In this document: positions 48,024 to 56,360 of the stretch, piece by piece
How positions within the stretch are numbered: position 1 is the stretch's first letter
Layout of the letters: every line of letters begins with the position of its first letter
Translations under genes and position numbers: made by a program
Assembly (NCBI GenBank): GCA_024405635.1
Contig: JAKSOL010000002.1
Span: 1-64,000 of the forward strand
Reading direction: 5' to 3'
DNA: 64,000 nucleotides
From: Salinivirgaceae bacterium
GTDB lineage: Bacteria > Bacteroidota > Bacteroidia > Bacteroidales > SZUA-534
The notes under the pieces: model-generated
The model's input: the letters and a program-made list of their open reading frames with translations, nothing else
Told to the model about the DNA's origin: nothing
Database searches by the model: none

Positions 48024-50054
48024 ATGAAAAAAATAGCACTGTTTGCCGCCGTAATGTTACTCCTATCGTCATGCGCCGACAAGGCACCACAACTACCTTC
48101 AGGTATTAGTTTTGCCGATATGGACACTACATTTAGTCCTGTAAACGATTTTTATCAATACTCATGCGGTGGATGGCAAAAAGCACACCCTTTAACACCC
48201 GAATATTCAAGTTACAATCAGTTTTCGGTTGTTTTTGATAACAATGCAGTTCGTCTTAACGAATTGTTTTCAGAAATGGCAAAAACCGAACACCAATTTG
48301 GCTCAAACGAGCAAAAAGTTGGCGATTTGTTTCGCATAGCAATGGATAGCGTCCATGCTGAAAAGGTTGGTGTTCAGCCAATTGTTGACGATTTTAAAGT
48401 TTTTACAGAGTTAAAATCGTTCGATAGATTTTCAATTGCACTTGCACGTCAAATGGCATACGGTCAATTCTCGTTCTTTGTGCTTTATGCCGATGCTAAT
48501 CCTAAAAACAGCAAAGAGTGCATTTTGTGGACATCGCAATATGGTTTGGGAATGGGAGACCGCGATTATTATCTAAACTCAGATTTTGCAGACCTTCAGC
48601 AAGCTTATGTTCAAATGATGGAAAAAGCTTTGAAAATTGTTAAATACGACAAGTTAGCTAAGGTTGATGCTGCAAAAATGGCTCAAGGAGTTTATGAACT
48701 TGAAACACGTTTGGCCAATGCCTTTATGAGCAAAACCGACCGACAAAATCCTCACAAAACAACCAATATGATGACCGTCGCCGAGTGGAATTCGCTCATA
48801 CCGTCGGTTAACTTGACTACTATTTTGGAAATGTTTGGATTGGAAAAAATAGACTCGCTTAATGTTTGTCAGCCAGATTATTTCCGCGCTTTGGATTCTA
48901 TTTTAACCACTACAAATCTTGAAGTACTTAAGGCCTATATGGCTTTGAATATAACTCGTAACGCATCCGATTACCTAACCAAAGAATTGTCAGATACTTA
49001 CTTCGATTTTTACGGTAGCAAATTGCGTGGAACTCCAAAAATGCAACCACGTTGGAAACGTATGACCGAAGAGGTTAGCGATGTGCTTGGCGATGCGGTT
49101 GGTCAATTGTATGTTGAGCGTTATTTCCCTCCAGAGGCCAAGGAGCGTATGCTTGAATTAATTGAAAATTTGCAAGATGCACTAAATGCTCGTATCAAAT
49201 CAAACACTTGGATGAGCAGAGCAACAAAGAAAAATGCTTGCGAAAAACTTGCTTCTATTCGAATTAAAGTTGGCTACCCAAACAAATGGCGCGACTATTC
49301 GGCTTTGCGCATCGAAAACGATAACCTTTATCTAAATATGCGTCGTCATTTTCAGTTTGATGTGATGCAAGATTTGTATAAAGTTGGTAAACCTACCGAC
49401 CCTGACGAATGGCTTATGACTCCGCAAACTGTTAACGCTTATTACAACCCATCAACCAACGAAATATGTTTCCCTGCTGCAATTTTGCAACCGCCGTTCT
49501 TTAACTATGAGGCCGACGATGCTGTGAATTATGGCGGTATTGGTGTTGTAATTGGTCACGAAATGACTCACGGATTTGATAACCAAGGCCGAAATTTCGA
49601 CAAAGACGGAAACTTGAATAATTGGTGGACTGAGGCCGATGGCGAAAATTTTGAGCAACGTGCCGAGTCGCTTGTAAAATACTTTAACAACATTGTGGTA
49701 CTCGATACAATGCATGCCGATGGTCAGTTTACCTTGGGCGAGAATATTGCCGATAATGGTGGTTTGAACGTGTCGTTTGCTGCAATGAAAAAAGCCCAAC
49801 GCAAAGGTAAAATTCAAAAAACTGTTGATGGCTTTACTGCCGAGCAACGTTTCTTCTTATCGTATGGTTTAATTTGGGCCAACAACATCCGGCCTGAAGA
49901 AATAGTGAATCGTACACAAACCGATGAGCACTCACTTGCTCGTTGGCGCGTTAACGGCGCTTTGCCTCACATTGATGCGTTTTATGATGCATTTGATGTT
50001 AAAAAAGGCGACACCTTGTATTTGGATCCAAAAGAGCGTGTTAGAATTTGGTAG
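48024..50054 (+). CDS. pepO: M13 family metalloendopeptidase lipoprotein (PepO-like)
   Basis: LSSC lipobox, DFYQYSCGGW, VNAYY, GHEMTHGFD, GENIAD; TACCTTTG box at 47979-47986. Confidence 0.92.
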   Translation: MKKIALFAAVMLLLSSCADKAPQLPSGISFADMDTTFSPVNDFYQYSCGGWQKAHPLTPEYSSYNQFSVVFDNNAVRLNELFSEMAKTEHQFGSNEQKVGDLFRIAMDSVHAEKVGVQPIVDDFKVFTELKSFDRFSIALARQMAYGQFSFFVLYADANPKNSKECILWTSQYGLGMGDRDYYLNSDFADLQQAYVQMMEKALKIVKYDKLAKVDAAKMAQGVYELETRLANAFMSKTDRQNPHKTTNMMTVAEWNSLIPSVNLTTILEMFGLEKIDSLNVCQPDYFRALDSILTTTNLEVLKAYMALNITRNASDYLTKELSDTYFDFYGSKLRGTPKMQPRWKRMTEEVSDVLGDAVGQLYVERYFPPEAKERMLELIENLQDALNARIKSNTWMSRATKKNACEKLASIRIKVGYPNKWRDYSALRIENDNLYLNMRRHFQFDVMQDLYKVGKPTDPDEWLMTPQTVNAYYNPSTNEICFPAAILQPPFFNYEADDAVNYGGIGVVIGHEMTHGFDNQGRNFDKDGNLNNWWTEADGENFEQRAESLVKYFNNIVVLDTMHADGQFTLGENIADNGGLNVSFAAMKKAQRKGKIQKTVDGFTAEQRFFLSYGLIWANNIRPEEIVNRTQTDEHSLARWRVNGALPHIDAFYDAFDVKKGDTLYLDPKERVRIW

Positions 50055-50080
50055 TTCAATTTGCTAATGCTTGAAATACA

Positions 50081-50122
50081 GCAAACGCCTTGTTCTTGTT
50101 AGGACAGGGCGTTTGTTTTTTT
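50081..50122 (+). terminator. Rho-independent terminator after the M13 peptidase
   Basis: GCAAACGCCTTGTTCT-TGTT-AGGACAGGGCGTTTGT followed by a T-tract. Confidence 0.85.
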
Positions 50123-50132
50123 ACTAAGAATA

Positions 50133-51305
50133 TTATTCTTCGGTGTTGTTAAAAATAGGAATGGCATTGTTGCCGTTTATCATCACCGCAATGCGTTTAT
50201 TGTTGTCATAGAAAAATCCAAGTCCGTTGCTAACACCATTGTTCAACATTATAGCCGATTCTATGTTTCCGTTGGTGTTGCGTATTTGCCAAGCGTAGCA
50301 CTCGTGGTCGTTGGCAAAGTATCCGCTTTTCCATAGGTTGCCGTTGTCGTGAAAAAACGACCAATAACCTTGAGCTTTCCCGTTGATGTATTGTCCTCGT
50401 TGTTTTACTTGTCCGTTTGGATAGTAAATGGTCCAATATCCTGAAAGTTTTCCGTTGATAAACTCGCCAGCAGAATGATAACTACCATCGGGGTAAAAAG
50501 CTGTCCATTTACCAGTCTTGCGGTCGTTTAAGTATTCGCCAGTTTCGGCCAAAGATCCGTTGCTAAAATAACTTGAGCTTTTTCCTGAGCGGGCGCCATT
50601 AATGTAAGTCGATTTGAATTTTATGTTGCCATTCTCGTGATACTCAACCATATCGCCGTTTAGTATTCCATTGGTGTAATGGCAAATTCGCAAAGTGTCG
50701 CCGTTTTGATATAAAGCTATAAACTTGCCTTGATAGCCTAATGAGTCGCGAATACCTACGTAGTTTAGTTCGCCCGAGTCGTAATATCGGCGATAAAGAC
50801 CGCACGGCTGGTCGTTCTTAAACATTTGTTCGCACATCAATGAGCCTTTGGTTGCGTAGTATTGCTTCTCTGTTCCACATTTCTTTCCTGCTGAGTATGG
50901 AGTAGCAGTGTGTAGTTTGCCAAATTCGTCGTACTGATAAAGTGTGTCGCAAAGCAAATTGTTGTTAAACGTACCACGCTGAATGTAATAGCCGTTAGCG
51001 TCAAATAGCTCGTACAATCCGTGTCGCATGTTGTTGTTGTATTGGCAGCGAATTTTTAGCTTTTGGTTTGGATAGAAAACAAGCCATTCGCCGCAAATTT
51101 GATTGTTGCAAAACCATCCGGTTTGGTCTAAAACTCCGTTTCGAAAGTATTTGTAACTGCCGTTTTTTATAGTGTCGGCATTTGAAATGTAGCCAACAAA
51201 AATGGTGCTATCGGCTCCGTTAACAATGGTAAATGTGCTACTAGGTTGTGCTGTGGCCTGAAAAACAAGAGCGACCGAAGCTACAATAGCCGCAATTAGT
51301 CTCAT
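50133..51305 (-). CDS. Secreted MORN-variant repeat (YwqK-like) protein
   Basis: Signal peptide ATA/Q; many YYxNGxxxxxGxYxNGxxxGxW repeats. Confidence 0.85.
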   Translation of the reverse strand: MRLIAAIVASVALVFQATAQPSSTFTIVNGADSTIFVGYISNADTIKNGSYKYFRNGVLDQTGWFCNNQICGEWLVFYPNQKLKIRCQYNNNMRHGLYELFDANGYYIQRGTFNNNLLCDTLYQYDEFGKLHTATPYSAGKKCGTEKQYYATKGSLMCEQMFKNDQPCGLYRRYYDSGELNYVGIRDSLGYQGKFIALYQNGDTLRICHYTNGILNGDMVEYHENGNIKFKSTYINGARSGKSSSYFSNGSLAETGEYLNDRKTGKWTAFYPDGSYHSAGEFINGKLSGYWTIYYPNGQVKQRGQYINGKAQGYWSFFHDNGNLWKSGYFANDHECYAWQIRNTNGNIESAIMLNNGVSNGLGFFYDNNKRIAVMINGNNAIPIFNNTEE

Positions 51306-52111
51306 TCGGCTGTAATAATGATTTGAGTGCCTTCAAGATTGTTTTGGCTGCCGCGTGTTCCGTAGTCTAGAATAGCAGCAAGCGAGTAACGTCCTTTTGC
51401 AAGAGGCTTGTTAAATTCAAGCTGAACACGACGCGAAGCGCGAGGGTAAAGTTGGAATGTTGTTGGCTCAATTATGGTTTCTTCTTCGGTTTCAAGGTTT
51501 GTAGCAATCATCGACACTCGGCACTCTGTAATTAGTTCGGTAAGGTTGTTAACCATAGCCGAAAATGTGCGAGTGTTTTGCCCTACTGTTGTGGTTTCGC
51601 TTAAGTTTGAAATGGTAGCTCTGTAGTTTTTGTTGCTTGCTGGGGTTTGTGTTACTGTAATAGCAACGCGTGCGCTAATGTTAACGCCTGCACGAACGCT
51701 TTTGTCGGCATCAAATGCGGTTTGCTCTTGTGCTGTATATACAAACAAAACACCCCATTTTGAACCAAATTCGTTTGTAGGTTGTTGTATGGTTACGGCT
51801 ACTTGTTTTTCTTCTTGTGGTCCAAGTTCAAAAAACGAAGGCGCAATGCTAATCCAATCGGCAACACTATAACGCAAACTGCCCGACTCTATATATTGGC
51901 TGTCTCCATTAGCATCAATGTTCATGTCGCTAAGTTTAAACATAAATGTTTCGGTTTTTCCCGAATGGTTTTTTAGTGTAACAAACTTGGTTTGCGACTC
52001 GCCTGGTTCTGCAGTAAAGTTCAATTTCAATGGCGATACTTCAAAATCTTGTGCCATTGTGTTTAAACATAATAATGTAGATAGAGCTAGGAGTATTTGT
52101 TTAATTTTCAT
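51302..52111 (-). CDS. Secreted PapD-like / Ig-fold chaperone-like protein
   Basis: Signal TMA/Q; FEVSPLKLNF..PGESQTKFVTLKN, SVADWISIAP, GRYSLAAILDYG; start moved to ATG 52111. Confidence 0.6.
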   Translation of the reverse strand: MKIKQILLALSTLLCLNTMAQDFEVSPLKLNFTAEPGESQTKFVTLKNHSGKTETFMFKLSDMNIDANGDSQYIESGSLRYSVADWISIAPSFFELGPQEEKQVAVTIQQPTNEFGSKWGVLFVYTAQEQTAFDADKSVRAGVNISARVAITVTQTPASNKNYRATISNLSETTTVGQNTRTFSAMVNNLTELITECRVSMIATNLETEEETIIEPTTFQLYPRASRRVQLEFNKPLAKGRYSLAAILDYGTRGSQNNLEGTQIIITAE

Positions 52112-52418
52112 AGTGTTAGTTGTCTTATTAATGCGCGGCAAAATACGCAGAAACTTTTGAAAAACTATTTCTGTAAATTCAATTTGTGGAATAGAATTGG
52201 TAAAAAAGTGTCTTTAGCCTTAGCAATAGAGAAAAAAAGCGAACTGTAATAAATAGAAATAAGAAAAATGCGTATTACAAAATGAAATTTATTACTCGTT
52301 TTTACTTTTAAATTGAAAGAAAAATCGAAAATATTTTTAACAAATCATAATTTTTTGCTTGCATATATTACAATGAGCTTTATTTTTGCACCGATGAAAA
52401 TCGATAAAAATTAACGTT

Positions 52419-53456
52419 ATGAGCAAATTGAACATTCCTGCTGGATACAAACCAATTTTGGATTTGAAGCAAACCGAACTTGGAATTCAACAAATCAAGA
52501 GTTTTTTTCAGGCAAACCTTTCGGCCGAAATGCGCCTTCGTCGCGTAACCGCACCACTTTTTGTGCTAAAAGGCACAGGTCTTAACGACGATTTGAATGG
52601 CATTGAGCGCCCTGTTTCGTTCCCAATTAAAGATCTTGGCGACAAAACCGCCGAAGTGGTTCACTCGTTGGCTAAATGGAAACGTATGATTTTGGCCGAC
52701 TATGGCATCGAAAGTGGTTATGGAATTTATACCGATATGAACGCTATCCGTTCCGATGAAGAGCTGGATAACTTGCACTCGCTTTATGTTGACCAATGGG
52801 ATTGGGAAATGCACATTGAGGCTGCCGACCGCACCATTCCTTTCTTGAAAAAAGTGGTTGAACGCATTTATCGCGTTATGCGTCGCACCGAGTATGTGGT
52901 TTACGAAATGTTCCCTTCAATTAAACCAGAATTGCCTGAGGATATTCATTTTGTATATGCCGAAGATTTGCTAAAAATGTATCCAAATATGACCACCAAA
53001 GAGCGCGAAAACGAGATTACTAAAAAGTATGGCGCTGTGTTTATTATGGGCATTGGTGGCAAACTTAGCAATGGCGAACCTCACGATGGCCGCGCACCTG
53101 ACTATGACGACTGGACAACCGAAACTGGCGATGGCCATTTGGGTTTAAATGGCGATATCTTGGTTTGGAACTCTGTTCTTGATCAAGCTCTTGAATTGTC
53201 GTCAATGGGTATTCGTGTTGATAAAACAGCATTGCTAAAACAACTTGAAATTACTGGACAAAATGCCCGCAAGGAATTGTATTTCCACCAACGTTTACTA
53301 AACGACACCTTGCCTCTTTCAATTGGAGGCGGTATAGGTCAATCGCGCTTGTGCATGTTCTTCCTTCGCAAAGCTCACATTGGCGAAATTCAATCAAGCA
53401 TCTGGCCCGACGATATGCGCAAAACTTGTGCTGAGAACAACATTCCGCTCATATAA
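52419..53456 (+). CDS. asnA: Aspartate--ammonia ligase
   Basis: NDDLNGIERPV, EVVHSLAKWKR, YVDQWDWE, RAPDYDDW, IGGGIGQSR; TATTTTTG box at 52381-88. Confidence 0.97.
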   Translation: MSKLNIPAGYKPILDLKQTELGIQQIKSFFQANLSAEMRLRRVTAPLFVLKGTGLNDDLNGIERPVSFPIKDLGDKTAEVVHSLAKWKRMILADYGIESGYGIYTDMNAIRSDEELDNLHSLYVDQWDWEMHIEAADRTIPFLKKVVERIYRVMRRTEYVVYEMFPSIKPELPEDIHFVYAEDLLKMYPNMTTKERENEITKKYGAVFIMGIGGKLSNGEPHDGRAPDYDDWTTETGDGHLGLNGDILVWNSVLDQALELSSMGIRVDKTALLKQLEITGQNARKELYFHQRLLNDTLPLSIGGGIGQSRLCMFFLRKAHIGEIQSSIWPDDMRKTCAENNIPLI

Positions 53457-53479
53457 TTTACTTGATACACGTTTTTTCC

Positions 53480-53516
53480 AAAATCCCGATGCCGAAAGGT
53501 GTTCGGGATTTTTTTT
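53480..53516 (+). terminator. Rho-independent terminator after asnA (possibly bidirectional)
   Basis: AAAATCCCGATGCC-GAAA-GGTGTTCGGGATTTT followed by Ts. Confidence 0.85.
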
Positions 53517-53538
53517 GGATGAACGATAAAAGAGAGAC

Positions 53539-54156
53539 TTATTCTCTTTTCTCCTTTTTAGGAAACCAACCTTTTTTTACGCGCTCGGCTTGTTCAAAAA
53601 TTTCGCCAATGCCCCAAAGGTAAGTAAACCCGTGAATGCCGCATACAACGGACAATACAGTGTTGCTGATAAGTATCGACGCAACTATTGATGCAATGCC
53701 TATGAATAGAAAACCAATCCAAAATATTTTTCCAAAATGATACTCGGCTTTGATGCAAACGTATCGCGCGATAGATATAATGGCAAATGTGGCGGCACCA
53801 ACAATTAGTCCGTCAAAACACAACCCTTGCACCGAAAAGGTTGGGGTAACAAATGCAATAAAGTTGGTGTATGTGCGATTTGGGTTTCGTTTAGCGCGGC
53901 CAAGTAAAACTCGCTCGTGTTGGAGAATCATTTCGTGAGCGCTCCAAAAAAGGCTAAATCCAATGGAGCCAACAATCATCGATGCAATACTATTGCGTAA
54001 AAACAACGATAGTGCGGCAAATGCAAGTCCCAAAGCAAAGAAAACCCACCATTTCTGCTTGCCCCAATAATATTCTGCTTTAATAACCAAAGGGTGGCAA
54101 ATACCAATAATTAAAAAAGAAATTAGTCCGATAATTAAGCCATTGTAGTTTGTCAT
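53539..54156 (-). CDS. Membrane protein with two tandem DUF4491-like units
   Basis: GLIIG..FLIIG.CHPLVIKAEYYWG...Q.ERV is repeated as GLIVG..FAII...IKAEYHFG...EQAERVKKGWFP. Confidence 0.75.
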   Translation of the reverse strand: MTNYNGLIIGLISFLIIGICHPLVIKAEYYWGKQKWWVFFALGLAFAALSLFLRNSIASMIVGSIGFSLFWSAHEMILQHERVLLGRAKRNPNRTYTNFIAFVTPTFSVQGLCFDGLIVGAATFAIISIARYVCIKAEYHFGKIFWIGFLFIGIASIVASILISNTVLSVVCGIHGFTYLWGIGEIFEQAERVKKGWFPKKEKRE

Positions 54157-54393
54157 TGTTAGCAGAATTATATGCGAAATGAGTAGTTAAAAACGTTGGC
54201 AAACGTACCAAAAAAGCTTGCAGATGAACAAGGTTTGCAGTTTTTTTCGTGCCCAAACCATTTGTGATACAAACTATCTGACAATGTTTGTTTTGGCTTG
54301 TAATCGTTGATAAAAACGGCAAAGTGTTAATAAACACAACCTTAAAAACACCCCTATTTGGCTAAATTTGCCCATTAAACTATTCACTTCAAT

Positions 54394-56313
54394 ATGGCAG
54401 ACGAAAATCAAAAAGTAGCTTATACCGACGACAGTATACGCAATTTGTCCGACCGCGACCATGTGCGCTTGCGCCCTGGTATGTATATTGGTAAACTTGG
54501 TAATGGATCGCATTCCGACGATGGCATATACGTGCTCATAAAAGAGGCAATAGACAACTCTATTGACGAGTTCCGCATGGGTGAGGGCAACATTATTAAT
54601 GTTACCGTTCGCGATGGAAAGGTTACCGTTCGCGACTTTGGTCGTGGTATTCCTCAAGGTCAGAATAAAGACGGCGACGACGTTATGGTTATTGCGGTTT
54701 CAAAACTGAACTCTGGCGCCAAATACGACAACAAAACTTTCAAAAAATCGGTTGGTTTGAATGGCGTCGGTCTTAAAGCTGTAAACTTTTTGTCGTGGAA
54801 ATTTGCCATACAATCGTGGCGTGATGGAAAAACTCGTCGTGTCGATTTTAAGCAAGGCGAGTTAGTGTCCGACTCGGGCATCTGCGACATTACCGACAAC
54901 TCGGCACGTGGAACACTAATTGAATTTGAGCCCGATTATAGCCGTGGAATCTTTGAGAACTATGCTTTTCGCGAAGATTACATTGAGCCAATGCTCCGCA
55001 ACTTTGTTTACCTAAACACAGGTTTAACTATAAATTTCAACGGTCGCAAGTACCACTCAAAAAACGGTTTGCTTGATCTTTTAACCGAAAATCTATCAAC
55101 AGAACCGTTGTATCCTATTATCCACCTTAAAGGCGACGATATTGAAATGGTGCTTACTCACACCAACCAAAACGGCGAGGAGTACTATTCGTTTGTTAAC
55201 GGACAACACACCATTCAAGGTGGTACGCATCAGGCTGCATATCGCGAGGCTATTGGCAAAACCATAAAAGAGTTCTTTAATAAGAACATGGAGTTGGCCG
55301 ATATTCGAAACGGCGTGGCTGGTGCCATTGCAATTAACGTTGAGGACCCAGTGTTCGAAAGTCAAACAAAAGTAAAACTTGGGTCGTTGCGCATGGCCAA
55401 CAACGATGATGCCATTAGCGTCAACAAATTTGTGGTTGATTTTGTTAAACAGAAACTCGACGATTTTCTGCACAAAAATCAGCCGATTGTTGATGTGCTG
55501 CTGAAAAAAATACAAGAGTCGGAGCGCGAACGTAAGGAGATTGAAGGTGTTCGCAAAGTGGCAAAAGCCAAGGTTAAAGCTGTGAGTTTGCACAACCGCA
55601 AGTTGCGCGACTGCCGTTACCATTTTAACGATGCACGTAGCGCCAAAGACGAAGAAAAAAATGCTCTAATCGACGCTTCAAGCATATTCCTTACCGAGGG
55701 TGATTCGGCTAGCGGTTCAATTACCAAAAGTCGCGACGTAAACACTCAAGCTGTTTTCAGCCTTCGTGGTAAACCGCTCAACTGCTTTGGAATGAGCAAA
55801 AAAGTGGTGTACGAAAACGATGAGTTTAACCTTTTGCAAGCCGCACTCAACATTGAGGAGGACATGGAAAACCTGCGCTACAACAAGGTTATTATTGCAA
55901 CCGATGCCGATGTTGACGGAATGCACATTCGCTTGCTGCTAATGACATTCTTCTTGCAATTTTTCCCCGAACTTGTACATCAAGGACACGTATTCATTTT
56001 GCAAACTCCGCTGTTCCGTGTGCGCAACAAAAAACAAACGGTTTACTGCTACAGCGAGGCCGAACGCGATGCTGCTGCCGAACAATTGGGCGCAAAATCA
56101 GAAATAACCCGATTCAAAGGTCTTGGCGAAATTTCGCCCGACGAGTTTAAAAACTTCATCGGAAAAGACATTCGTCTCGATCCTGTTGAAATGCGCGGCG
56201 AAAGCGTTCAGCAACTTTTGAGCTACTTTATGGGCAAAAATACTCCCGAACGTCAGTCGTTTATTATTGACAACCTGCGCATTGAGGAGGATTTGGTTGA
56301 AGAAGAAAAGTAG
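54394..56313 (+). CDS. parE: DNA topoisomerase IV subunit B (Bacteroidota type)
   Basis: [54 protein letters not shown]; TAAATTTG box at 54363-70. Confidence 0.9.
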   Translation: MADENQKVAYTDDSIRNLSDRDHVRLRPGMYIGKLGNGSHSDDGIYVLIKEAIDNSIDEFRMGEGNIINVTVRDGKVTVRDFGRGIPQGQNKDGDDVMVIAVSKLNSGAKYDNKTFKKSVGLNGVGLKAVNFLSWKFAIQSWRDGKTRRVDFKQGELVSDSGICDITDNSARGTLIEFEPDYSRGIFENYAFREDYIEPMLRNFVYLNTGLTINFNGRKYHSKNGLLDLLTENLSTEPLYPIIHLKGDDIEMVLTHTNQNGEEYYSFVNGQHTIQGGTHQAAYREAIGKTIKEFFNKNMELADIRNGVAGAIAINVEDPVFESQTKVKLGSLRMANNDDAISVNKFVVDFVKQKLDDFLHKNQPIVDVLLKKIQESERERKEIEGVRKVAKAKVKAVSLHNRKLRDCRYHFNDARSAKDEEKNALIDASSIFLTEGDSASGSITKSRDVNTQAVFSLRGKPLNCFGMSKKVVYENDEFNLLQAALNIEEDMENLRYNKVIIATDADVDGMHIRLLLMTFFLQFFPELVHQGHVFILQTPLFRVRNKKQTVYCYSEAERDAAAEQLGAKSEITRFKGLGEISPDEFKNFIGKDIRLDPVEMRGESVQQLLSYFMGKNTPERQSFIIDNLRIEEDLVEEEK

Positions 56314-56360
56314 AACTTGTGATCTTGATTATCGAATAACGAAAAACGAATAACCAAAAT

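Noticed and set aside
50133-51305. YwqK-like protein as part of a toxin-antitoxin system
   Set aside because: No toxin gene is adjacent and the protein has a signal peptide; MORN repeats alone are not diagnostic
3298-52111. Frequent Gln directly after signal-peptide cleavage sites and absence of Shine-Dalgarno sequences
   Set aside because: Established general Bacteroidota traits; used only for taxonomic inference
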